A DNA stretch of 64,000 nt from an uncultured Elusimicrobia bacterium (GTDB lineage: Bacteria > Elusimicrobiota > Elusimicrobia > 2-01-FULL-59-12): contig OY969767.1 of the NCBI GenBank assembly GCA_963702895.1, positions 448,001 through 512,000 of the forward strand. Direction: 5' to 3'. The notes below the pieces were generated by a model. The model ran no database searches, had not been told where the DNA came from, and saw only the letters and a list, made by a program, of their open reading frames with translations. Below, in pieces: positions 11,801-18,750 of this stretch; positions within the stretch are counted from its first letter, which is position 1; the number at the start of each line of letters is the position of its first letter. The translations under genes were made by a program, and so were the position numbers.

Positions 11801-12803
11801 CGGCTAAGACATCAGGATCCACTTCGAGATTCAAGGCGCGAATCATCAAACGGTATTTCGCTGCGACATCGCTGCAGAACGTAGAATCCTCACTCCCTTG
11901 GCCCATATCGCGCTGGCTATAGATCTGGGCGGCTGCGGCGCGAGCTTTCTCCACGATCAGAGGATCTCTCGGGGGCGTTTGTTCGTCGGGGGCTGGTTGG
12001 CCGGCCGGATCCGGCGCTGACCCGGAGGGGGATGCGTCCATGATGGCAGGTACTCGAGTCCAGTCGCGGTTATTCATTTCATGGTAATAGGTGCTGAGCC
12101 AGAGGCCCGGAAGCGTGAGCAGAGGTGTGGCCAGCGCCGCAAGAAGCGCCGCTGTGGCCGGATCGGCGTGCGGGGCAAAAACGCGCGCAAACACCAGAGC
12201 GGCTCCCAGCGTGGTCGCTAGGAATACCCCGGTCAGGCTTCTGGCTGTCTGCCGCACTTCGTCACGCTGAGCATCCGTGAGGTTCCAGCCTGTCCGGTGG
12301 TCGATTCTGTGCCGGGAAACGAAATAAGGGATGCTGGTACGGTAAGCCAGGTAACCCAATCCGCCGGCAACGGCCATGCCGATCCCAACCAGGGGCGCGC
12401 CGGTCACGCCCAGTTTGATCAGGGAGGCGATGGCTGCAAGGGAACCGGCGGCGGCCCCGGTCCAGGGCAAGTAACGGACAAGGAATTCCTGCTCGCCAGG
12501 CTCGGAAATTTCGCGGTTGATACGCGCCGTGAAATCTCTGTACATTCCGGCAAAGGACTGGAAAGGCTGAAGTTTAATGAGCCGCGCGGCAAGCGCGGCG
12601 GGGGCCAGAGCGTCTTCCTGGAAGCGCGCGTTCTGAAATGAGGTGGATGCGGAGGTCGTCGGTGAAAGGCTTTGACCCGCCGCAAACGATAAAGCGTGCG
12701 GGTCTGCGGCAAGCGCGAAGACGAGAATCAGCGATGTCAGCCGGTAAAAGGTTCGATTCATAAGAATCCCAAACACGCCTGCGCGCGCGTTCGATAGGTT
12801 CAT
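2829..12803 (-). CDS. Giant (3324 aa) multi-domain membrane protein with RelA/SpoT-like, ACT, HD-hydrolase and MidA-like SAM methyltransferase modules
   Basis: Single uninterrupted ORF with signal-like N-terminus and several TM clusters. Motifs: EVYVPLLERLG, HEFQIF, YRLEDGDEV, YAVHPASV..LLHDVLEN..AKSADGTDNLR, FVEFGGGTG..TNELLDDL..TLDYG. Exact start uncertain. Confidence 0.85.
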   Translation of the reverse strand: MNLSNARAGVFGILMNRTFYRLTSLILVFALAADPHALSFAAGQSLSPTTSASTSFQNARFQEDALAPAALAARLIKLQPFQSFAGMYRDFTARINREISEPGEQEFLVRYLPWTGAAAGSLAAIASLIKLGVTGAPLVGIGMAVAGGLGYLAYRTSIPYFVSRHRIDHRTGWNLTDAQRDEVRQTARSLTGVFLATTLGAALVFARVFAPHADPATAALLAALATPLLTLPGLWLSTYYHEMNNRDWTRVPAIMDASPSGSAPDPAGQPAPDEQTPPRDPLIVEKARAAAAQIYSQRDMGQGSEDSTFCSDVAAKYRLMIRALNLEVDPDVLAAAFLLRTTESERRRMGLQKAEKDRLLAVTEKVNKTFPTSYGLTKEQLDKHRWAIPDLMGHYAKKAGSLDVLLLTMATKLATMKGANVSSDVLHETYREISEVYVPLLERLGMPGLSTSLLDEAEQLADPTAYAKMNADIQAEYKMSWPEMRDYLDKTARDIQKDLPEGVVISWNLKTVGAVMRKLRSDKRGYGHVGEIRDILRFSVILTNADQQNDVTARIAKHFEYQTDPSRMDWAFHTSFERVLTGERRPHEFQIFDDQDAYWRYRYGPTKARWAYLVQQLTLVLPAYDPFEPDERDPRGTFNKFGEKLVNPFIFFFHAPFDEHTENLIPACVPKGGSRRGNVADALAQMNALGPRTRGANISRGRHRGFWVDLGYRLEDGDEVKPDNVPDREGASIRHNPASLRTMMRSASTLPALVEFELRQSDDRASQLAELAAEGTEKLHERLQRETGPRPRGPSPNWLQPLRQVLGPLASKHSFPDADHLLAAMGLTHRDTYVAERQEALWQEIRGEMIALATQDLENAGTPPRLARYSRSLADLAGEKGMPVPNAEYALLAIACGVLSFDDVVGRLKATRLERPASPAPVEAVQPSPAPIQTSEALPTPIPTVPIAPTVPGVDLPPPEANTPTPDFVEINATLDLSAETSDTVVVLIRVPKDQPAIFAHVMGLIVDHGARLLAGSRTLPAEEGTGLLRLVLQRDRHVDMTSLVEKMNALRLSPTNTGPRPIKRVTASVQIPDNPLLMKNFFATLNTLLPLANIARLTIDEETESGTLWLNFALSIPSSLDAPEISAITILQGVLGQMQRAHDLSIQHFEVGPGDIFDATAVKTLEKLQEKFGRGRIRRFLDGVMEKLVSPFAGDEEMEGDIDEPMPSDLAEGTPGQEDEESLIMVQDAIRLMEKFHSVSKDGERRDPERRLDGRDYAVHPASVMALLLRQGERDPVILIGGGLLHDVLENGPRNMFLRDHPGEKVPPADHPIMVAYRDRIAQEIRDTFRMIEHRLINIITLMTNYKKAGYALYGSRFRDEASIHIQAAKSADGTDNLRIIFEVQTPEKPNFPQKQIAKRIRFLLPVVATEPPFKNKLYKNSRIDFLKILIRQSNRISDEAFMEPYVEEGEDADAVRQELVSGIQAFLEWLESNQDWLPARMKGKNFERFVARLKTMKERLQSPPDSSSVPNRPGSPTGGASVTSEPGRIGPSAESPSDSAGLAPRMGDGSRPANPLSAHPSGPTRRERNIPATEAAAEPSEPISLPERLQNVAPELFVSFKDFMSLVNQLYYRYRAGIGPHEDFSTLPVELSPLFGRMIAEHLFSMWQHMRHNESLSPQDVFHFVEFGGGTGILSRDVMRYVESRASHGSSSEWRDFWNQLHYTIIEQSARLHDRQAAEGRDYIDKGKMDAVLGEAQAKLATLMGGRIKGVIFTNELLDDLGSHKVVLTTQGEAEVAFVIPQIPIEHLALLDEIGSGQELNDLIRQQDAEVRDRTALNGVNVMYLTRSSFEKYLSAVGGLPPGDIQSRLASITYTETYVPSQQIPEVAEHLQRNAEDYATALASHEQQRWTIFANTEADSFVENVGRALEAGFIFTLDYGHSAPDLFRHLHTGAPQHHIYGGEVPLEEQLTPPYHPRILQQQITADLNFTALANRGEDTALHTTWFGLVRDLMSGTSVREQALKGRFGPNSERQSPAALRDFLDESTDTGRFKILIQEKKGEHATPYRYSDATARPSLRRSLNDIPVPLRDRVKNIRDAFSKSHSLESASGLHPDSAEDSPHGGASMEGSFVIGSALAGLLMPLSSSWPLGPSFPGDVSFFAGLLTPLSSSWPLGPSFPGDVSFFAMQIVGLVVFGYLTILLLNFAFRLLERKVPADAEASLGPGPLERREPLGGTRRLYTHDEARGGLPRTIASAGDLRSITPPRMDEILSDNRELINKCRAAFDQLRGLAVESPSRPKARWIRNAVQLMDRFAIFTRTLFLMLTPPGLVSYTHFLIPFGNIDYNRWLNKISVVVFEEEAPGHQTSIASSMDNKIFIGRKLAERLTPDQLAGLLARKMIEIQAKHIVRDNNLRWSSLVERIERIAKAEEIRIAGPGQLRGTSSIDDVIRYIQYESNPLRTSAPITHTWQNAQHVMQWVMKILASSRGSPSLIAIDRTTAWEQTLEALIWLGHPLSVYDGLPGSGISDPESEFIAFERTLLTELEFGAPNIDDQNIRGRFIVTWNRLRGSSESLERVRRLETLNPKDLLAHLIVLFMFRRRDLPLLLNQFWISGEKIENRSNLQYAAQALSTPFGPKIHDLLNALSDIWPLLSKKEYGGLLGGLGTLLRSLTEFSESMTGTRGAIPTVSNVLSNLIREWKPDESTPRRTIKSKSVYTALEKAIREIAGLRETIPLSMILGVTFDPLRRISVHPDLEIALHYYEHIKEHVIPGAEIFKQCLIRYTQMLQRYPGDASAALQESSRYYRGSLKQRREADPIQISDWLEGPGAIEIPIHLRQYSNAMESRMRCWKEVRAGLASLLIDPNLVALRSHEKIDPQFLKLLEMEGTIRLRSDEQLSKESEIIATSLRSVLLSIVEAIQRLHLEARKKHTHQQAQMLTGLRDEIERLTDNLLTLQNLTREIQRQSLKSELVILDAAYKPFESLFVGFPGTHGSLDFTYRYRQHILHNIRAYWENPWIHAVYAFLKTEENRGRDRLARFSIARSQEGPLLATSNVYSVRSELDFLPAFLMYMKVWADVSGRPIIFPATLFDKDADKVLGAGYQLVKTPLESPLSLVIPNTEDGGIFHSELTPGNPTFPVKVVLDKYFVYTPDPAIQAQRRERMIREFSPTSEPRIGRPARKNSETASQEGMFTILSAIVGFLPLVDAHHFGLRQMLVVIAATGIFYLAHVGLHLALGGGLRLLAGKNFYEKAHLWLTQGYRENPPEIGSDVRLALFYFLPGAIQFLTGAILLNLAPLGASQSALLTAFGAVNLIQGMTIFFGADHRHGKKYLPSMRSVFRSA
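6301..6448. repeat. 72-bp tandem duplication inside the giant gene
   Basis: Two near-identical copies encoding AGLL(M/T)PLSSSWPLGPSFPGDVSFF. Confidence 0.95.
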
Positions 12804-13552
12804 AGAGTGTACGAGGCTTGAGATCGAAACGAAATGGAGCGAATGTCTCTATCTTTCGGCCCAAAAGACCCGGTGTCTTTTTAGGTCTAGTTCTATATGC
12901 TTTTTAACAGGCCAATATTACGGGGAGGTTGCCCGGGAAACTGCATTTGCTGTCTCCCCGGCACGTCGTAAGCCGGCCCTCCAGACTACCGGCGGGCCGA
13001 GCGCCACACACCCGGCGCTCTCCGCCTGTCGTGTGGCGGAGGGTCGCCGGGTGTCTGGAGACCCGGGGTCTATCACCGTCGACAAAAAACTCATGGATCC
13101 CCTACTTACGACCGTGAGGGATGACGGCACAAAAAAGTCCCGACGTCTCAATCGATAAAGAACGTTCAACAGAACTTTTCCGGTTAATGGGGAGGAAGTA
13201 TCTTCCTGTCTAATTACCAGTCTATTTTGATAAGTCGATAGAATCAGAGGACATCACAGAGGCGCTACGGGTTTGTTGTATCTTCCAAGACCGCGAGCGG
13301 AACGGCGCCCTTTTCCACCTTCCGGGCAAGTCCGTTCCGGCCTTCGACGACAACGTCCTCAGCCGCGGCCCAGGCCAAAGGCGACGCCGATCAGATGAAG
13401 GCGCTGTCGGACTGAGCCTCCGGTTTGTTTGGTATCAGTGATGCGCCACGGACCCCATTCGGATCGGGGTCCCTTCGGGACGAAAACCATGTCAAGCATA
13501 GTAAGTCGAAAAATACTCGACATACCATGTTAGTTATGATATACCATGCCCC

Positions 13553-14212
13553 ATGGAACTTGACGACCTGCGAAGGCGCGTGGCCGGGGAAGAATTCGAC
13601 TATCAGATGCTGATGGACGTTTTGCGGGGGTATGACCGTCCCCGGGACAAGGTCCGCGCGCTGCTCAAAAAGAAGTCGATCATACGGGTTAAGAAGGGCC
13701 TGTATGTCTTCGGAGAAACGCTGGCCAGGCGTTCCTATTCCCGGGAAGTCCTGGCCAATCTCATTTACGGACCTTCCTACATTTCTCTGGATTACGCGCT
13801 CCATTACCATGGGCTGGTTCCCGAGCGGGTGGAAAGTATCACCTGCTGTACCCCGGGCCGCGGGCGCCAATTTTCGACCCCCATCGGCCGTTTCAGCTAT
13901 CGCCAGATTCCTGCCGCCGCGTACGCGCTGGGAATAGACCAGGTGAAACTGGATGAGGGCCGCGCGTTTTTAATCGCGGTCCCGGAAAAAGCACTTGCCG
14001 ACAAGCTGGTGGCCGATCGGGGGACCGCCATCGCGAGTCCGGCCGAACTGAAGACGTATCTCGTCCATCACCTTCGGGTTGATCTGGAGGAATTGGCCGG
14101 TATGCAATCCAGTCTGATGGCGCGGATCGCTGTCGCTTATCGTTCCCGAAAACTCCACTGGCTTAGTCAGTTGATCCATCCATCGGCAGGAGGGAAAACC
14201 CATGATGAATGA
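13553..14212 (+). CDS. Type IV TA antitoxin, AbiEi-like
   Basis: PSYISLDYALHYHGLVPE and A.PEKALAD motifs; overlaps the AbiEii-like gene. Confidence 0.85.
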   Translation: MELDDLRRRVAGEEFDYQMLMDVLRGYDRPRDKVRALLKKKSIIRVKKGLYVFGETLARRSYSREVLANLIYGPSYISLDYALHYHGLVPERVESITCCTPGRGRQFSTPIGRFSYRQIPAAAYALGIDQVKLDEGRAFLIAVPEKALADKLVADRGTAIASPAELKTYLVHHLRVDLEELAGMQSSLMARIAVAYRSRKLHWLSQLIHPSAGGKTHDE

Positions 14213-15071
14213 GGCCGTCGTCCGGATGCTCGCCCGCTATGAAAGCCGGACCGTGGAGGATCGCGTCCAGGCGCTGCGTGAAATCCTGCAAGAAATCGCC
14301 CTGCTGGGACTCTGGCGCAGCAAGTTTTTCGACAAAGCGGCCTTCTACGGCGGGACGTCCCTGCGGCTCCTGTATGGGCTCGACCGGTTTTCCGAAGACC
14401 TGGACTTCTCACTCTTGCGGCCGATGCCGGGCTTTGACCTGCGGCAGTATGCGGGCGCCCTGGAGCGGGAAATCGCCTCGTTCGGCTTTGATGTGCGGCT
14501 TGAAAAGAAAGAGAAAACAGCCGAGAGCAGAATCCAGTCCGCCTTCCTCAAGGCCGACACCGCAAAGCACCTCCTGGTGGTTGAAACCGCCGAAGCGCTC
14601 CTGCGAAAGATCCCGCGCGGGCAGATCATCAAAATCCGCCTCGAAGTCGACACCGACCCGCCGCCCGGATTCGAAACGGAAAATAAGTTTCTCCTGCATC
14701 CCATTCCGTTTGGGGTCCGCACCTACGTCCTGCCGGATCTTTTCGCGGGGAAGATGCACGCGGTCCTTTGTCGACGCTGGAAGAACAGAGTCAAGGGCCG
14801 CGACTGGTACGATCTGGTGTGGTATGCCGCCCATCATCCAAAACTGCATGCGGCGCATCTGGCGCAGCGCATGCTCCAGAGCGGCGATCTGAAAACTGGC
14901 GTCTCTCTGACGCAAGATCAGTGGATGGACATGGCCCATGCCGCCGTTGACCAGCTCGACGTCGCGATGGCCAGAAAAGAAGTCGAACCCTTCGTGAAAA
15001 ACCCGTACGCGTTGAAGGCCTGGTCACCGGCGTTTTTTCACGACGTCCTTAAACGGGTCGTCCTCGTTTAA
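14202..15071 (+). CDS. Type IV TA toxin, AbiEii nucleotidyltransferase
   Basis: FYGGTSLR..RFSEDLDF, GKMHAVL, KGRDWYD. Confidence 0.92.
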   Translation: MMNEAVVRMLARYESRTVEDRVQALREILQEIALLGLWRSKFFDKAAFYGGTSLRLLYGLDRFSEDLDFSLLRPMPGFDLRQYAGALEREIASFGFDVRLEKKEKTAESRIQSAFLKADTAKHLLVVETAEALLRKIPRGQIIKIRLEVDTDPPPGFETENKFLLHPIPFGVRTYVLPDLFAGKMHAVLCRRWKNRVKGRDWYDLVWYAAHHPKLHAAHLAQRMLQSGDLKTGVSLTQDQWMDMAHAAVDQLDVAMARKEVEPFVKNPYALKAWSPAFFHDVLKRVVLV

Positions 15072-15115
15072 GCCCGGCCCATAAAAAGGCGCTGTCGGAC
15101 TAACCGGAAATCTTC

Positions 15116-16997
15116 GTGCGCCAGGACAAACTGCACTGAACCCAGTGGATGAAAGATCCACGGCCCAAGGCCTAGCCAGCCAGGGCATAGCTCGTCTTGC
15201 ATCGACGGCCGTGAGGTCGGAGGCGAAGCGTAGACAAGCGACAACGTAGGCCGCAAGGTGATAAACCGATGGAGCCCCGAAAAGAACGGTAATGTTGTGG
15301 AAGCCGAGGCTGTGAAGATCGCCGAAGGCAACAAGGTTCCAGCCAAGACGGCAGGGAGGGAGCCTTTCCGCCGGGGTCGTACGAGGGCGGCATGTGTTGA
15401 AGGGACAGTGACGGGACCTGGGAGGCCTGCCGGGAGTCTGGGAGACTGGACACCGCCAACCCGAGGGACAACCAAAGGGAAACGGACCGGCAGGAGTCAG
15501 AGAACCCCATAGTACCTGAGAAGCGGGTAACGACCGTGGAGGGAAGGGGGCGACAGGAGGAGGAAGCGATGGAGGGACAGGGAGCTGATTCACAGAAGTC
15601 AGAGACTTCCTTAACGAAACTCCGGCGCGTAGCGGAGCAAGCGAAGCAGAATCAGAAGATGCGCTGGATATCGGTCAATCACCTCATGGACACCGACCTG
15701 TTGCGGGACAGTTGGAAACGGATCCGCAAGAGCGGAGCCAGCGGGGTGGATGGCCAGACAGCGCAGGCATACGGACAAGACCTAGAGAAGCGGTTGGAAG
15801 AGCTTCATGAGCGACTGAAGGCGGGGACGTACCGGGCACCGCCGGTAAGGCGGGTGTGGATTCCCAAGGCGGACGGCAGGCAACGGCCGATCGGGATACC
15901 GACGTTGGAGGATAAGATCGTCCAACGGGCGGTGGCCACGATCATGGAAGCGGTGATGGAGCCGTTGTTTCTGGAGAGTTCGTACGGGTACCGGCCTGGG
16001 CGGAACGCCCATCAGGCGCTGTGGTCCATACAACGGACGCTGATGTATCAGCCGATCCACTGGGTGCTGGAGATCGACCTGGAGTCGTTCTTTGACACCT
16101 TGGATCACGGATGGCTGAGACGGATGGTGGACGTACGGATGGGCGATGGGGTGATCCAGCGGCTGATCGGGAAATGGCTGAGTGCGGGAGTGATGGAGGA
16201 AGGAAGGGTGACGCGAACGGATCAAGGGAGCCCGCAAGGCGGTGTGATTTCGCCGATGTTGGCGAATATTTATCTGCACTACGGGATAGACCTGTGGTTT
16301 GCGAAGGTCATCCAACCGAAACTCAAGGGAGAATCGTACGCGTGGCGATATGCGGACGATATCCTGATGGCGTTCGAGCATGAAGCGGAGGCGCGCGAGG
16401 TCCAAAGGCAGCTTGGGGAGCGTTTGGCGAAGTTTGGCCTTAAGCTCAACCCAAGCAAGACACGCCTGATCCGGTTTGAGAGGCCACGAGACACAAACGG
16501 GGACGATCCGCCGGATCGGAGCGCGTTCGACTTTCTGGGGTTCACGCATTACTGGGCGAGGAGTCGACGAGGGATGTGGGTGGTGAAGCGGAAGACCGCC
16601 GGGAAGCGATTACGGCGGGCGATGAGTGCGGTGACGCAGTGGTGTAAAGCACACCGGCACTGGAAGCTCCGCGAACAGCACCAACACCTGAATGCGATTC
16701 TTCGAGGGCATTACCAGTATTACGGGATGACCTGGAACTGGGTTGGACTGAGCGTCTTTCACCTGCATGTGGTCAGAACGTGGCAGAGATGGTTGAGCCG
16801 CCGGAGTCAGACGGCTTACATTCACTGGGATCGGATGGAACAGATCCTGGAGAACTATCCCTTGCTACCTCCAATCATTATTCATCCTGATCCATGGCGC
16901 ATGGCACGTGAGTCCTTTTCTTGAAGAGCGTCGTGCGGGAAATCCGCACGCGGCGTTCTGTGAGGGGGCGGGAGGGCGACCTCCCGCTCTACTCGAT
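15116..16997 (+). mobile_element. Group II intron (IIB-like, probably bacterial class E)
   Basis: 5' GTGCG at 15116. Domain V gagcgtcgtgcgggaaatccgcacgcggcgttc with AGC triad. Domain VI ending ctactcgAT. Internal RT ORF. Confidence 0.9.
15569..16924 (+). CDS. ltrA: Group II intron reverse transcriptase/maturase, no endonuclease domain
   Basis: GVDG, RPIGIPTLEDKIVQ, PQGGVISP, RYADD, FDFLGF, then X domain; RBS ggagga before ATG 15569. Confidence 0.95.
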   Translation: MEGQGADSQKSETSLTKLRRVAEQAKQNQKMRWISVNHLMDTDLLRDSWKRIRKSGASGVDGQTAQAYGQDLEKRLEELHERLKAGTYRAPPVRRVWIPKADGRQRPIGIPTLEDKIVQRAVATIMEAVMEPLFLESSYGYRPGRNAHQALWSIQRTLMYQPIHWVLEIDLESFFDTLDHGWLRRMVDVRMGDGVIQRLIGKWLSAGVMEEGRVTRTDQGSPQGGVISPMLANIYLHYGIDLWFAKVIQPKLKGESYAWRYADDILMAFEHEAEAREVQRQLGERLAKFGLKLNPSKTRLIRFERPRDTNGDDPPDRSAFDFLGFTHYWARSRRGMWVVKRKTAGKRLRRAMSAVTQWCKAHRHWKLREQHQHLNAILRGHYQYYGMTWNWVGLSVFHLHVVRTWQRWLSRRSQTAYIHWDRMEQILENYPLLPPIIIHPDPWRMARESFS

Positions 16998-17040
16998 CAT
17001 CGGCCAGTTCCTACCGTCTGAACCTGCCGCACTTTTTTGT

Positions 17041-17138
17041 CCCCTCTCCCGCCGCCAGGTGGGAGACCCGCGCTTCCGCAATTTCCTATAGCGCGCAGGT
17101 CCCACGGTCGTAAGTGGGAGGGTAAAGGGTGAGGGCAA
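17041..17138 (+). repeat. Intergenic palindromic repeat (CCCTCTCCC...GGGTGAGGGC family)
   Basis: Close match to the reverse complement of 32401-32500 inside rimO; related copies near 28605-28692 and 36775-36850. Confidence 0.8.
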
Positions 17139-17228
17139 GAGGCCACTGTCTCGGTGGCTGCGGAGTATCACTCGACTGCGGTGGATAAGGCCAGACTTTG
17201 AAATGATAAACTTGAAGCCTTCAATCCC

Positions 17229-18746
17229 ATGACGACACGCAAACGCATCGTGATTGTCGGTGCCGGCCCAGGGGGGCTGACCAGTGCCATGATCCTCGCC
17301 CACCGCGGTTTTGATGTCTCTGTGTACGAAAAGAATGCCGAGGTCGGCGGACGCAACGCCCCTCTACGCCTGGGGAACTACACCTTCGACACCGGCCCCA
17401 CGTTCCTCATGATGCGGTTCATCCTCGAGGAGATGTTCCAGGAAGCCGGCCACAAAGCCTCCGAGTATCTCGAATTCCGCGCTCTGGATCCGATGTATCG
17501 CCTGGTCTTCGACGACCGGGAGATCCTCGTGTCGTCCAACCCGGAGACGATGCGCGAACAGCTGCGCGCCGCCTTCGCGGAAAAGGACGCCGGCCTCGAC
17601 GCGTTTCTGCGGGAGGAAGGCAAACGCTTCGAGATGCTCTACCCCTGCATTCAGAGGGACTACGCGACCCTGGGTTCGATGTTGTCGATGGATCTGTTGC
17701 GCGCCTTTCCGTACCTTGCGGTCACGAAAACCGTCTTCCAGAACCTCGGTCGTTACTTTAAGGAAGAGAAGCTGCGCATGGTGTTCTCCTTCCAGTCGAA
17801 ATATCTCGGGATGTCGCCGTGGCAATGCCCGGCCTTCTTCACCATGCTGCCCTACATCGAGCACCGCTACGGGATCGAGCACGTAATCGGGGGCCTGAAC
17901 CGCATCTCCGCCGCGATGGCCCAGGCCGCCCGGGCCGAGGGCGCCGAGATTCGTTTGAAGACGCCGGTGGAAAAGCTCCTCCTCAACGGCCGCCGGGTGA
18001 CGGGGGTGAAGCTGGCCAGCGGTGAGGAGATCGCCGCCGATGCCGTCTTTTTAAACGCGGATTTCGGCCATGCGATGTCGCATTTGGTCCCGGAGGGGGT
18101 CCTGCGCAAATACGCCCCCGCCAAGCTGCGCCGGAAGGACTATTCCTGCTCCACGTTCATGATGTATCTCGGGCTCGACAAGCGCTATCCCCTCAACCAC
18201 CACACGATCATTTTCGCCAAGGACTACCGGAGTAATGTGAACGCCGTGTTTGGACAAGGGTCCCTCACCTCGGATCTTTCGGTGTATGTCCAGAACGCCT
18301 GCGTCAGCGATCCCACACTCGCGCCGGAAGGCCACTCCACCCTCTACATCCTCGCCCCGGCCCCGAACAACGATTCCGGGCTCGATTGGCCGGCCACCCA
18401 AACGGCATTCCGCAAGAACGTTTTGAGAATCATCAAAGAGCGCCTGAAACTGCCGGACCTGGAGGAGCACATTCGTGCCGAACGGATCATCACCCCGAAC
18501 GATTGGGAGCAGCAGGGCTCGATCTTCAAAGGCGCGACGTTCAACCTGTCCCACAAGTTCACGCAACTGCTCTACCTGCGGCCGCGCAATCGTTTTGAAG
18601 AACTCCAGGGCGTCTACCTCGTCGGCGGGGGGACGCACCCCGGCAGCGGCCTGCCGACGATTTTTGAATCGGCCCGCATCTCCTCCAATCTTTATTGCCA
18701 GGACACTGCTGTGCCCTTCCCGCCGCCCGCCGCGTTGAGGACCTGA
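17229..18746 (+). CDS. crtN: 4,4'-diapophytoene desaturase (C30 CrtN type)
   Basis: GAGPGGL FAD motif, FDTGPTFLMM, GGGTHPGSGLPTIFES. Confidence 0.85.
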   Translation: MTTRKRIVIVGAGPGGLTSAMILAHRGFDVSVYEKNAEVGGRNAPLRLGNYTFDTGPTFLMMRFILEEMFQEAGHKASEYLEFRALDPMYRLVFDDREILVSSNPETMREQLRAAFAEKDAGLDAFLREEGKRFEMLYPCIQRDYATLGSMLSMDLLRAFPYLAVTKTVFQNLGRYFKEEKLRMVFSFQSKYLGMSPWQCPAFFTMLPYIEHRYGIEHVIGGLNRISAAMAQAARAEGAEIRLKTPVEKLLLNGRRVTGVKLASGEEIAADAVFLNADFGHAMSHLVPEGVLRKYAPAKLRRKDYSCSTFMMYLGLDKRYPLNHHTIIFAKDYRSNVNAVFGQGSLTSDLSVYVQNACVSDPTLAPEGHSTLYILAPAPNNDSGLDWPATQTAFRKNVLRIIKERLKLPDLEEHIRAERIITPNDWEQQGSIFKGATFNLSHKFTQLLYLRPRNRFEELQGVYLVGGGTHPGSGLPTIFESARISSNLYCQDTAVPFPPPAALRT

Positions 18747-18750
18747 TCGG

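Noticed and set aside
15569..16924. Retron, DGR or defence RT linked to AbiE
   Set aside because: Intron 5' GTGCG, domains V and VI and a maturase X domain identify an ordinary group II intron.
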